A stretch of DNA of 64,000 nt from Planctomycetota bacterium. Lineage in GTDB: Bacteria; Planctomycetota; UBA11346. Positions 40,818 to 50,453 of this stretch are shown piece after piece. The DNA is taken from contig JBBRLJ010000001.1 of NCBI GenBank assembly GCA_038231435.1, positions 64,001 through 128,000 on the forward strand. Reading direction: 5' to 3'. Each line of letters opens with the position of its first letter. Position 1 is the stretch's first letter. A model generated the notes under the pieces. The model saw nothing but the letters and a program-made list of their open reading frames with translations, ran no database searches and was not told the DNA's origin. A program made the translations under genes and the position numbers.

Positions 40818-42080
40818 ATGGCGACCCGTCTGCTTCCCGACCATCCCCATCTCGATCAGCTCAAGCGTCAGGCCAAGGAGCTGCTGCACGATCACCGGGC
40901 GGGCGATCCGGCGGCCTTCTCCCTCATCGCCGAATTCCTGCCCCCGCTGTCGCGGCCGCTCGCGCTCGCCGATGCGCAGCACGCGATCGCGCGGCGCTAT
41001 TCATTCCGCTCATGGGCGAAGCTCAAGGAGTTCATCGACACCTACGACGCCTCTGGCGTCTCGCCTGCGGCCGCGCGCCTGCGGCAGGCGATCGACGCCG
41101 ACCAGATCGCGCTGATGGCGCGCCTGCTCGACGATGAACCCGAGCTGATCGACGAGCCGGTGGCACGCGCGAAGATCCGCTACCGCAACCAGCGACCGCT
41201 GACCTACGCGTGCCAGAGCAACCACCCACGCGCGGTCGCGTTGCTGCTCGAACGCGGCGCCGATCCGGCGGCCGACGGATACCTTGCGGTGGCACGCGCG
41301 TCGATGAACGACGGCCAGCTGCCCTGCCTCGAGCTGCTGTTCGCGCGTGGGCTCGATCCGAACCTTGAGGTCTACGACTGGGGACCGCTGCTGCTCTATC
41401 CGTGCGAGTGCCTGGCCCCGGGCGTGATCCGCTTCCTGCTCGAGCGCGGCGCCGATCCGAACCGCTCCGATCCGCAGGCCCGCTGCACCCAGACTCCGCT
41501 GGCGATGGTGATGGATACCTACGCGCGGTCGCCAGCCCAGGCACGCTGCCTCGAGGCGCTGATCGCTGGCGGGGCGAGGTTCGAGGATTCGCCGGTGATG
41601 GACGTGCATCGCAACCGCCTCGACGCGCTGGCGCGGCGGCTCGATGCCGAACCGGGCCTCGTCCACCGGCGGTTCCCAGGCCTGGACTATGGCCGCACCG
41701 CCCACCGCGGCCTGACCGCGTCCGGCGGCACGCTGCTGCACGTGGCGGCGGAATTCTGCGTGGTGGAGGTCGCGAGACTGCTGCTGTCGCGCGGCGCCGA
41801 CGTCGATGCCCGAGCGGAGATCGATGCCGACGGGCATGGCGGCCAGACGCCGCTCTTCCACGCGGCATCGCACTACCACGATTGGGGAGTGGAGATGGTC
41901 GGACTGCTGCTCGAGCACCGCACCGATACCAGCACGCGCTGCACGCTGCGCGGCCACATCGAGCATCCCGGCGAATACGTGAGCTGCACCGCCCTCGGGT
42001 ATGCGCAGCGCTTTCCGCCCGAACGCGCCGACTCCGATCCGACCTTGGCGCTGCTGCGCGGGGCATGCGCACCCGCCTGA
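40818..42080 (+). CDS. Ankyrin-repeat protein with a small N-terminal helical domain
   Basis: RBS AAGGAGG; N-term LPDHPHLDQLKRQAKELL...LADAQHAIARRYSFRSWAKLK; ankyrin repeats PLTYA..LLLERGADP, TLLHVAA..LLLSRGADVDA, GQTPLFHAA. Confidence 0.9.
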   Translation: MATRLLPDHPHLDQLKRQAKELLHDHRAGDPAAFSLIAEFLPPLSRPLALADAQHAIARRYSFRSWAKLKEFIDTYDASGVSPAAARLRQAIDADQIALMARLLDDEPELIDEPVARAKIRYRNQRPLTYACQSNHPRAVALLLERGADPAADGYLAVARASMNDGQLPCLELLFARGLDPNLEVYDWGPLLLYPCECLAPGVIRFLLERGADPNRSDPQARCTQTPLAMVMDTYARSPAQARCLEALIAGGARFEDSPVMDVHRNRLDALARRLDAEPGLVHRRFPGLDYGRTAHRGLTASGGTLLHVAAEFCVVEVARLLLSRGADVDARAEIDADGHGGQTPLFHAASHYHDWGVEMVGLLLEHRTDTSTRCTLRGHIEHPGEYVSCTALGYAQRFPPERADSDPTLALLRGACAPA

Positions 42081-42081
42081 A

Positions 42082-42115
42082 CGCTCCCTCGACCCGAGAA
42101 CGGGTCGAGGGAGCG
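42082..42115 (+). terminator. Perfect 15-bp hairpin after the ankyrin gene stop (terminator-like, no U-tract)
   Basis: CGCTCCCTCGACCCG-agaa-CGGGTCGAGGGAGCG. Confidence 0.6.
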
Positions 42116-42163
42116 ATGGAGTCGCGCTTGGAGGAGGGCCGCCGATGCCATACTCGCGGTTCG

Positions 42164-43141
42164 ATGCCCCTGCTTACCTTGCGCCCCACGCTCGTCCTGC
42201 TCATCGCTGCTCTCGCCGGCTGCGGCGGGCATTCCGCCCTCGACCAGCCCGGGTGGCATCAGGGCGTGGTGGAGCACGACCAACGCGAGCTCGGCTTCGA
42301 GATCGCCGGCACGGTACGGTCGGTGACGGTGACGCGCGGCGCGCCGGTCGACCGCGACCAGGCGCTCGCCGAACTCGATGACCGGCTCGAAACCGCAGCG
42401 ATCGCGCAACGCGAGGCCGAGGTGCGTGTCGCCGAGGCGCGGCTCGCGCTCGTCGCCGCCGGTCCGCGCGCCCAGGATATCGCGATCGCGCGCGCCCAGG
42501 CCGAGTCGGCCGGAGTCTCCGCCGAGGTCGCTGGCGCCGAATTCGAGCGCCAGCGGGCCATCGCCGCGCAGAAGGCCCTGTCGGCGAGCGAGCTCGACCT
42601 GGCGCGCGGACGCCTGGCCGAGGCCACCGCCAACCGTGTCTCCGCCGAGCAGCGTCTGGCCACGGCGGTCGAAGGCGCACGGCCCGAGGAGAAGGCCGAG
42701 GCACAGGCCGCGCTCGAGGCCGCCCAGGCCACACTCGCCTTCGAGCGCGAGCGACTCGCCCGCCACTGGCTGCATGCGCCGATCGCCGGCCGCGTGGTCG
42801 AGGTCGCCGTCGATCCGGGCGAAGCCGCGCTGCCGGGGCGCGTGGTGTTGACCATTGCCGACACGCGCCACCCCTACATCGACGCCTATGTTCCCGAGAA
42901 GCAGCTCGCCGGCCTCGCCATCGGCGGCCACGCCCAAGCGCGCATCGACGGCGATGACCGCGTCTTCTCGGGCACCATCGAGGACATCGGCCGCCAGCTC
43001 GAGTACACGCCGCGCTTCCTGTTCAGCCCCGCCGATCGGCCGAACCTGGTGATGCGCGTGCGCGTGCGCGTCGACGATGCCGACGAACGCCTGCATGCAG
43101 GCGTGCCCGCCGCCGTGCGCTTCGGCGACGACGTGAAATGA
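42164..43141 (+). CDS. HlyD/YbhG-like membrane fusion lipoprotein
   Basis: Lipobox LAGC; GFEIAGTV, coiled-coil hairpin, LHAPIAGRV, EYTPR; stop overlaps the next start (ATGA). Confidence 0.88.
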   Translation: MPLLTLRPTLVLLIAALAGCGGHSALDQPGWHQGVVEHDQRELGFEIAGTVRSVTVTRGAPVDRDQALAELDDRLETAAIAQREAEVRVAEARLALVAAGPRAQDIAIARAQAESAGVSAEVAGAEFERQRAIAAQKALSASELDLARGRLAEATANRVSAEQRLATAVEGARPEEKAEAQAALEAAQATLAFERERLARHWLHAPIAGRVVEVAVDPGEAALPGRVVLTIADTRHPYIDAYVPEKQLAGLAIGGHAQARIDGDDRVFSGTIEDIGRQLEYTPRFLFSPADRPNLVMRVRVRVDDADERLHAGVPAAVRFGDDVK

Positions 43142-44085
43142 CCGCCGGCGCGGGCGAGAGCGTGGTGGCAACCCGCGCCCTGTCCCGGCGCTTCGGCGAC
43201 CTGGTGGCGGTGCGCGGCATCGACCTCGACATCCGTCGTGGCGAGGTATTCGGGGTGCTCGGGCCCAATGGCGCCGGGAAATCGACGCTCATCCGCATGC
43301 TGTGCGGGATCCTCGCGCCCAGCTCAGGATCCGGCACAGTACTCGGCCTGGACGTGGCGACGCAATCGGAGCGTATCAAGGAGCGGATCGGCTACATGTC
43401 GCAGCGCTTCTCGCTCTACGAGGATCTCACCGTCGAGGAGAACCTGCGCTTCTACGCTGGCCTCTACGGCCTGCCATTCATCGGCAAGCGGCCGCAGGTG
43501 CACGAGACCCTCGCCCGCATCGGCCTCCAGGACCGCCGATCACAGCTGGCCGGCACGCTTTCGGGAGGATGGAAGCAGCGCCTGGCGCTGGCCTGCTCCA
43601 CCATCCATTCGCCGCCGCTGCTGTTTCTCGACGAGCCGACCGCTGGTGTCGATCCGGTGAGCCGCCGTGCCTTCTGGGACCAGATCCACCGCATCGCGCA
43701 CGACGGCACCACCGTGCTGGTCACCACCCACTACATGGACGAGGCCGAACGCTGCCACCGCATCGCGTTCATCTTCCGCGGCATGCTCATGGACGTCGGT
43801 ACGCCGGATGAGGTGGTCGATCGGCGCAGACTGTCGGTGTGCGAGATCGAATCTGGCGATCCCGCGGCCGCGGCCGCGGTGCTCTCGGCGACCGCGGGGA
43901 TCGCCGATGTCTCGTTCTTCGGGCGTAGCCTGCGCGTCACCGCGCGCGACGGCGTCGATGCCGCCGCGTCAGCGGTCACGGCACTGGCGGCGGCAGGGAT
44001 CTCGACGCCGGCGCCCCGGCCGCGTCGCGCAACGGTCGAGGATGCGTTCATCTCGCTGGTGCGCACCGAGGAACGCACGTCATGA
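43138..44085 (+). CDS. ABC transporter ATP-binding protein (YbhF-like)
   Basis: GPNGAGKS, YMSQRFSLY, LSGGWKQR, LFLDEPTAGVDP, TTHYMDEAE. Confidence 0.95.
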   Translation: MTAGAGESVVATRALSRRFGDLVAVRGIDLDIRRGEVFGVLGPNGAGKSTLIRMLCGILAPSSGSGTVLGLDVATQSERIKERIGYMSQRFSLYEDLTVEENLRFYAGLYGLPFIGKRPQVHETLARIGLQDRRSQLAGTLSGGWKQRLALACSTIHSPPLLFLDEPTAGVDPVSRRAFWDQIHRIAHDGTTVLVTTHYMDEAERCHRIAFIFRGMLMDVGTPDEVVDRRRLSVCEIESGDPAAAAAVLSATAGIADVSFFGRSLRVTARDGVDAAASAVTALAAAGISTPAPRPRRATVEDAFISLVRTEERTS

Positions 44086-45212
44086 GGCGGTTGCTCGCCG
44101 TCGCCTGGAAGGAGATGCGCCAGCTGATGCGCGATCGCCTCACCGCGGGCATGATGCTGGGCATCCCGGCGCTGCAGTTCCTGCTCTTCGGCTACGCTAT
44201 CAACACCGATGTGCGGCACCTGCCGCTCGCGGTGCTCGATCGCGATCGCACGCCCGCGTCGCGCGAACTCGCGCGGGCCCTGACCGTGACCGGCTACTTC
44301 GACATCGCCGGCGCCGTCGAGGACGACGCCCAGGTCGAACGCGCCCTGCGCATCGGCGGAGCGCGCGCCGCGCTGGTCATCCTGCCCGGATTCTCAGCGG
44401 ATCTCGCATCCGGACGCGGAGCGCGCGCACAGCTGGTGGTGGACGGCACAGACCCCCTCACCGTCACCAGCGCGAGCAACGCCGCGGTTGGATTGGCCTC
44501 GGCGCGCTCGGTGGCGCTGATGGTCCAGCGCCAGGCGGTCAGCGGCGGAGCAGCCGGAGGATCGGCGCAGCCGGCATTGACGATCGAACCGACGGTGTGG
44601 TACAACCCCGAGCTGCGCACCGCCGTCTACATCGTGCCCGGACTGGTGGGGGTGATCCTCACCCTGACCATGGTGATGATGACGGCGATGGCGATCGCGC
44701 GCGAGCGCGAACGCGGCACGCTCGAGGCGTTGGTGGTGTCTCCGGTCCGGCGCATCGAGCTGATCGGCGGCAAGATCCTCCCTTACATCGTGCTCGGCTA
44801 TCTGCAGATGACGCTGGTCCTGCTGCTCGGCTGGTGGCTCTTCGACATCCCGCTCGCGCGCCTAGGCTCGCTCTATCTCGCGGCGCTGCTGTTCATCGCC
44901 GACAACCTCTCGATCGGCCTGCTGTTCTCGACCCTCGCGAGCACCCAGGGCCAGGCGATGCAGATGTCGTTCTTCTTCCTGCTGCCCAACATCCTGCTCA
45001 GCGGCTTCATGTTCCCGCTCGCTGGCATGCCTGCCCCGATCGCGGCGGTGGCCGAGATCCTGCCGCTGACGCATTTCCTGCGCATCGTGCGCGGGCTCGA
45101 GCTCAAGGGCGCGACGCTCCTCGACTTCGGCGGCGACCTGCTGGCATTGGCCGTGGCGCTCACCGTGCTGGTGGCGCTGAGCACATGGCGCTTCCAGAAG
45201 CGCTTGGCCTGA
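44082..45212 (+). CDS. ABC-2 transporter permease (YbhS/YbhR-like)
   Basis: KEMRQLMRDR, LFGYAINTDV, WYNPEL, IARERERGTLEAL, LSGFMFP; multiple TM helices. Confidence 0.93.
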   Translation: MRRLLAVAWKEMRQLMRDRLTAGMMLGIPALQFLLFGYAINTDVRHLPLAVLDRDRTPASRELARALTVTGYFDIAGAVEDDAQVERALRIGGARAALVILPGFSADLASGRGARAQLVVDGTDPLTVTSASNAAVGLASARSVALMVQRQAVSGGAAGGSAQPALTIEPTVWYNPELRTAVYIVPGLVGVILTLTMVMMTAMAIARERERGTLEALVVSPVRRIELIGGKILPYIVLGYLQMTLVLLLGWWLFDIPLARLGSLYLAALLFIADNLSIGLLFSTLASTQGQAMQMSFFFLLPNILLSGFMFPLAGMPAPIAAVAEILPLTHFLRIVRGLELKGATLLDFGGDLLALAVALTVLVALSTWRFQKRLA

Positions 45213-45319
45213 TCACGCCGGATACGGCTAACGGTCCTGATTCCAGCCGTTTGCACGTTCCCCCGAGGGGGGGTCGCCATGCCATTGGTCGGCCGCGGCC
45301 CGAGCGCTACGATGGCGTC

Positions 45320-46135
45320 ATGGATCTCGCGCGCATCGCGACGTGCCTCGAACGGCGCCCGCTCGGTTTCGAACTCGGACTTCGCCATCACGTTCCCGTC
45401 CACGAGCCCTACTGGGAGAGCCATGAGGGCCTCGAGATCGCGCTGCACGTGTCCGGATCCGGCGTGGTCGACCTGGGCGATGGCGCAACGAACGCGTTCG
45501 GCCCAGGCTGCATCGAGGTCTACGCCCCGCGCATGCGCCATCGCCAGGTGATGGCGCGCGGCGGCGACGACTGCTTCGTCCGGGCAGCGCCCATGCCCGA
45601 GCTCGAGGCGGTCCTGACCGGGAACCTGTTCATGCCGCGCCCGCCCGATGCGCTTGCCGAGCACGATCTGCGTGCGCTCTCCGACGCGCCCACTCGGCCG
45701 ACGCGCATCCAGCTCGCCGAGTTCGGCCACCGCATGACCGCGCTGCTCCTGCGCCTGTTGTCGCACGCCGAGACGCGACCGGCTGGAGCCCGCCTCCTGC
45801 CCCCCGCCCCGCGTCCTGGGAAGGTGCTCGCGCGCGAAGCCCAACGCTACATCGACGACCACGTCGCGACCATCGATCGGATCGAGGAGATCGCCGACGC
45901 GCTCGGCATCAGCCACGACCGTCTCAGACATGTCTTCACCCGCGAATCCGGGCGCAGCCTGGTCAGGGCCTTGATGGAGGCCCGCGTCGTGCGCGCCAGC
46001 GACCTCCTGACCACGACCGATCTGCCGCTGGCAGCGGTGGCGTCGTGCTGCGGCCTGCACAGCGAAAGCTACCTCTGCCGCGTCTTCCGCCAGGTCCGCG
46101 GCTGCTCGCCCGCCTCGTTGCGCGCTCGCGCCTGA
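45320..46135 (+). CDS. AraC family transcriptional regulator
   Basis: 3' part of track ORF 43667-46135; cupin H..E...H and HTH ARVVRASDLLTTTDLPLAAVASCCGLHSESYLCRVFRQVRGCSPASLR. Confidence 0.88.
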   Translation: MDLARIATCLERRPLGFELGLRHHVPVHEPYWESHEGLEIALHVSGSGVVDLGDGATNAFGPGCIEVYAPRMRHRQVMARGGDDCFVRAAPMPELEAVLTGNLFMPRPPDALAEHDLRALSDAPTRPTRIQLAEFGHRMTALLLRLLSHAETRPAGARLLPPAPRPGKVLAREAQRYIDDHVATIDRIEEIADALGISHDRLRHVFTRESGRSLVRALMEARVVRASDLLTTTDLPLAAVASCCGLHSESYLCRVFRQVRGCSPASLRARA

Positions 46136-46237
46136 TCGGATCAGCGACGGCCGACACCGCATCTGTGCGCCCGAAACGTGCAATCCCCAGCCGATAGGTG
46201 CGATTGCAAGACGTCCGCATGTCGACATCACCTGGGC

Positions 46238-47134
46238 ATGATCACCACGTCAATCGCCGACAGCAGCGCCTCTTCCCCAACGCCGTCCCCCTCCGCCATG
46301 GATTCCGAGCGCCTCGCGTCGTTCGTCGAGAATGGCTGGGCGATCATCCCCGGCGCACACGATCGGCGTTGGATCGACACCATGCGCGCGCGCTTCCCGG
46401 TGCTGCGCGAGCGCCAGCCGAGCGCGAACGGCTGGAAGCACTTCATGATCGCGGACGTGGTCGAGGCCGAACCGGAACTCTGCATCGAGGCTGCGATGAA
46501 GCCGGCGGTGCTCGATTTCGCCGAGTTGCTGATCGGACCGCACGTGCAGCTCGAGTCAGTCACCTTCGCCGGCTTCGCCCCCGACCCAGCCGCGGCGGAT
46601 CCGCAGCGCGTATCGGGCTGGCACCGCGATCTCTTCGCCTGCTATCCCCAGGAAGGCCACTACCAGCGGCCGACCCTGTTCAACGCCATGGTCTATCTGC
46701 AGGATCTCACCGACGAGATCGGCCCCCTGCGCGTGATTGCCGGATCGCATCGCCGCGCGATGACCGTCGCACCCGGGAGCCAGGACCGCCGCCACCCTGA
46801 AGAGGTGGTGCTGTATCCGCAAGCCGGGGACGCGGTGGTCTTCCACCACGCGCTCCTGCATTCCGGGTCGCTCAATCGCGGCACCGACACGCGCTACTTC
46901 TTCGCCACGACCTACAACCACCAGTGGATGAAATTCCGCGCCAACTACAGCGGCCCGGCGTGCCAGGCGGTGATCCGCATCGCGCGCGAGCGCGGCGACC
47001 GCCGCCTGCTGCGCCTGCTGGGCGTCGACGATCAGCTCTGGGACCGCGCCGGAGATTGGGCGATGCAGCCGGACGAGGCGCGCTGGGAGCGCTGGCGCGC
47101 CGAGGACCGCGCTGCGCTGGTGACGCGGTCGTAA
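46238..47134 (+). CDS. PhyH family Fe(II)/2OG dioxygenase
   Basis: FVENGWAII, GWHRD (HxD), VYLQDL, GPLRVIAGSH, AGDAVVFHHALLHSG, distal Arg. Confidence 0.9.
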   Translation: MITTSIADSSASSPTPSPSAMDSERLASFVENGWAIIPGAHDRRWIDTMRARFPVLRERQPSANGWKHFMIADVVEAEPELCIEAAMKPAVLDFAELLIGPHVQLESVTFAGFAPDPAAADPQRVSGWHRDLFACYPQEGHYQRPTLFNAMVYLQDLTDEIGPLRVIAGSHRRAMTVAPGSQDRRHPEEVVLYPQAGDAVVFHHALLHSGSLNRGTDTRYFFATTYNHQWMKFRANYSGPACQAVIRIARERGDRRLLRLLGVDDQLWDRAGDWAMQPDEARWERWRAEDRAALVTRS

Positions 47135-47149
47135 CGTTCGGCATTCCCA

Positions 47150-47178
47150 GGGATTCGCCCTTCCTGCGGGCGGGTCCC
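47150..47178. terminator. Possible bidirectional terminator hairpin between convergent genes
   Basis: GGGATTCGCCC-n7-GGGCGGGTCCC (with G-U pairs). Confidence 0.4.
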
Positions 47179-48326
47179 TACGGGTTCGCTGAAAGCGCCG
47201 CGCCTGTCTCCGCGTGAGGCGCGGACGGGATGCGCAGCTCGAGCTGCTCGCCAGGCAGCAGGTCGCCGGAATCGACCAGGGAGAAACGCAGGCAGCGCAC
47301 GCGCGTGTCGATCACATCCCCCGGAGCCCCGGAGGATTCACGTTTCGCACGCGCGACGGGCTCGATGAGCAGCACCTTCGCTGTCCAGGTGCGCGTCGGG
47401 TCGCCGCGACGCCAGGCGATCGCGTCGGCGGTACCCGCCCGCCATGCGTCGAGCGCATCCACCTCGGCGGTCAGGCGCAGGCGGGAGTCGTCGGCTAGAT
47501 CTAGCAGTCCGCCGCCCTCTGGCGCCACCCATTCACCGGCATGGACGGCGAGACGCATGATCTTGCCCGCGCGTGGAGCGTGGATGGTGCGCTGTGAGAG
47601 CGCGACGCGGGCGATCTCCACCGCCGACCGATCGGCGGCTGCGGTCGCCTCGGCAACCGCGATCGCGCTCACCGCCGCCTGCGCCTCTGCCTCGGCTACC
47701 GCGACATCGCGCGTCCAGCCGGGCGCGGCCGCCCGCAAGGCTTCCGCCGCGGCCTGGGCCGCGCGCGCGTCCGCGGCCTCGGCCTGGCGCGTACGCTCAG
47801 CCAGGTCGGCGGCCGGCACGATGCCGCGCGCCAGCTTCTGATAGCGTGCGAGTCGCTCGCGTGCCTCGGCTGCCTCGGCGCGCGCGACGCGTTCGGCCTC
47901 GGTCGCTGGCGCCACGTCTTCTGGACGCGGCTGCCCAGACACACGCGCGAGCCGGGCTTGCGCGATCGCGAGTTCTGCCCGGCGCAGGTCGACAATGATG
48001 GCAGCGGCGGACGCGATGCTTTCAGCGGCCTGGACGCGCGCGCGCGCCTCGGCGTCGTCGAGCACCACCAGCACATCCCCGGCCGCGACGCGCTGGCCGA
48101 CCACCACCTGGACCGCCGCGACCACGCCCGCCACCGCCGGCGCCACGCGTGTCGACTCGTCCAGTGGTTCCACCAGGCCGATCCCGTAGACGCCGCCCAC
48201 CGCAGGCTCGGACGATGCGATGGTCGGATCGGGGATCCGCGGCGAGCGCGCCGCGACCAGGGCGGCAAATCCCGCGCCTACGACGGCGAGGGCGGCGGTG
48301 ATACCGAGCGTGGCGCGGTTCCTCAT
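47178..48326 (-). CDS. Periplasmic adaptor / membrane fusion protein (DevB/HlyD-like)
   Basis: N-terminal TM, GIGLVEP, VAGVVAAVQVVVGQRVAAGDVLVVLDD, long coiled coil, IHAPRAGKI, IDTRV. Confidence 0.88.
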   Translation of the reverse strand: MRNRATLGITAALAVVGAGFAALVAARSPRIPDPTIASSEPAVGGVYGIGLVEPLDESTRVAPAVAGVVAAVQVVVGQRVAAGDVLVVLDDAEARARVQAAESIASAAAIIVDLRRAELAIAQARLARVSGQPRPEDVAPATEAERVARAEAAEARERLARYQKLARGIVPAADLAERTRQAEAADARAAQAAAEALRAAAPGWTRDVAVAEAEAQAAVSAIAVAEATAAADRSAVEIARVALSQRTIHAPRAGKIMRLAVHAGEWVAPEGGGLLDLADDSRLRLTAEVDALDAWRAGTADAIAWRRGDPTRTWTAKVLLIEPVARAKRESSGAPGDVIDTRVRCLRFSLVDSGDLLPGEQLELRIPSAPHAETGAALSANP

Positions 48327-49201
48327 GGATGCTCCTTCCGCGTTCCCGCGGATGCGACTGATGCCGTGGATGCGGCTGGTGCGGTATCGGAATCGGGGGA
48401 TGTCACCACCGGTGGGGCGAGCTGGGCAAGTTGTGCGGCGTCCCCAAGGACCGGCGCGTCGGCGGATCCGTCGTCGTCACCGGCTCCGCCTGGCGTGGAG
48501 TCTCCCACTGGCAGCCGGCGGCGGACGATGCGCACAATGTGGCCATCCTCCATGGTGGCGATGCGATCGGCGAAGCCGTAGGCGCGCTGATCGTGCGTGA
48601 CCACGATCAACGTCCTCCCGCGTTCTGCCGCGAGCGAGCGCAGTAGGATCATGGCGCGGCGGCCGGTCGCCTGGTCGAGGGCGCTGGTCGGCTCGTCGCA
48701 CACCACCAGCGACGGCTCGTGGACGATGGCGCGCGCAATGGCGACGCGCTGCTGCTGACCGCCCGAGAGCTGCTGCGGATAGGTACCGAGCCGCGAACCC
48801 ATGCCTACCCGCTCGAGTACCATGGTCGCGCGCTCGCGTGCGACCATGCGGCTCATGCCGATCAAGAGCGCCGGCAGCTCGACGTTCTCGAGCGCGGTCA
48901 GGCCCGGGATCAGATTGAAGGCCTGGAAGACGAAACCGAGATGCCGCGCACGGAAATCAGCGAGCGCCCTGGGTGAGAGGCTGAAGGGACGCTCGCCCAG
49001 CACCTCCACCTCGCCGGCATCGGGACGTAGGATCGCGGCGAGCACCGACACCAGGGTGGTCTTGCCGCATCCCGACGGACCGATGACCATCATCAGCGCT
49101 CCGGCGGGCACCTCGAGCCGCACGCCGCGCAGGGCGCGCACCGACGCCTCGCCTGCGCCAAAGGATTTGCTCACGCCACTGAGTGAGGCGGCGGCTTGCA
49201 T
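48323..49201 (-). CDS. ABC transporter ATP-binding protein (DevA/LolD-like)
   Basis: GPSGCGKTT, GFVFQAFNLIP, LSGGQQQRVAIARA, CDEPTSALD, VVTHD. Confidence 0.95.
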   Translation of the reverse strand: MQAAASLSGVSKSFGAGEASVRALRGVRLEVPAGALMMVIGPSGCGKTTLVSVLAAILRPDAGEVEVLGERPFSLSPRALADFRARHLGFVFQAFNLIPGLTALENVELPALLIGMSRMVARERATMVLERVGMGSRLGTYPQQLSGGQQQRVAIARAIVHEPSLVVCDEPTSALDQATGRRAMILLRSLAAERGRTLIVVTHDQRAYGFADRIATMEDGHIVRIVRRRLPVGDSTPGGAGDDDGSADAPVLGDAAQLAQLAPPVVTSPDSDTAPAASTASVASAGTRKEHP

Positions 49202-49202
49202 A

Positions 49203-50453
49203 TCAGCTCCGGAACACCGTCGCGGGATCGGCGCGCGTCGCCCGCCATCCGCCGAAGAGCGCGGCGATCACCACGATCACCACCGTCGCGCCCGCCGTGA
49301 GCGCAAACAATCCGGGGGTCAGGCGCGAGGCGAGGATGGTGCCGTGGACGGCGCGATCGAAGAGCGCCGCAAGGCCGATGCCGATCCCGTAGCCGAGCGC
49401 CCCCGCCGTGAGCGCCTGCGCGCAGACCATCGCCATGATCGTCCTGGTGCCCGCGCCCATGGCCTTGAGCGCGGCGAAATGACGCAGGTGATCATTGATG
49501 AACTGCAGGAAGGTCTGCCCGGCGATCGCCAGTCCCACTACGAAGCCGAGCCCGACGGCGATGGCGAAATTCGCAGGGATTCCGGTGTTTATCAGCAGGA
49601 AGATGAAATTCTCGTCGGAGAACGCGTCTCTAGTCAATGCCTTCAGCCCGGTCGCCGACGACACCGCGCGCGCCAGGCGCTCGTGATCGGCGCCAGGAAC
49701 GGCGCCGGCGAGGATGAAGCCCACCGAGCGCCGCTCCACCGCCTCATGGCGTCCGCGCGCGACCCAGATCACCGGCTGAAACTGGAAATTCCGCAGCGTG
49801 CGGCTGATGCCGACCACGGTCATCTCGCGTTCACCGACCGCCACGCGGTCGCCCACGCGCACCGGTATCCGGCTCGCTCCGGATCCGATCGCCAGATGGT
49901 CGGCAGCCTCGGCGTCGATCACCACCGCGTCTGGTCGCCGCAGGTCCTCAGCGTTCCCGGCTAGCATCGCGGTCGGCCCGCCGGCGAGCGTGCGTTCATC
50001 GATCGAGAACATCTGGCACTGCTCGTAGGTCCCGTCGCGGCGCCGCACCAGTTCGGGGCGCACGTTCAGCGCCGATGCCCAGGCCACGCCCTCCACCGAG
50101 GCCACGCGTCGCACGTCCGCAGGGCGCAGCGGCCACGAGATGGTGGTCATCTGCGCGTGCGGATCCGCCACCCACAAGTCGGCGCGCGAGGCGTCTACGG
50201 GATGCCGCGACAACTCCATCACGCCGAGGAACACGCCGAGCTGCTGGGTCATGAGCAGGGACGAGAATGCTATGCCGAAGACGATGCCCAGCAGCCTGGT
50301 GCGGTCGTAGACCAGCATCGACACCGCCTGGCGGAGCAGCCAGGGAGCCGACGGCGCAGCGGCGAGCTGGACATCGGAGGTCTCGACGACGGGCTCGACC
50401 CGGCCGCCGGAGACGCGGCGGACACGACCTCGCGACGGAGGACGCTGGCTCAC
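49203..50453 (-). CDS. ABC transporter permease (DevC/FtsX-like)
   Basis: MLVYDRTR..GIAFSSLLMTQQ, ADLWVAD, NTGIPANF, GQTFLQF, FAALKAMGA, ADPATVFR. Confidence 0.9.
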   Translation of the reverse strand: MSQRPPSRGRVRRVSGGRVEPVVETSDVQLAAAPSAPWLLRQAVSMLVYDRTRLLGIVFGIAFSSLLMTQQLGVFLGVMELSRHPVDASRADLWVADPHAQMTTISWPLRPADVRRVASVEGVAWASALNVRPELVRRRDGTYEQCQMFSIDERTLAGGPTAMLAGNAEDLRRPDAVVIDAEAADHLAIGSGASRIPVRVGDRVAVGEREMTVVGISRTLRNFQFQPVIWVARGRHEAVERRSVGFILAGAVPGADHERLARAVSSATGLKALTRDAFSDENFIFLLINTGIPANFAIAVGLGFVVGLAIAGQTFLQFINDHLRHFAALKAMGAGTRTIMAMVCAQALTAGALGYGIGIGLAALFDRAVHGTILASRLTPGLFALTAGATVVIVVIAALFGGWRATRADPATVFRS

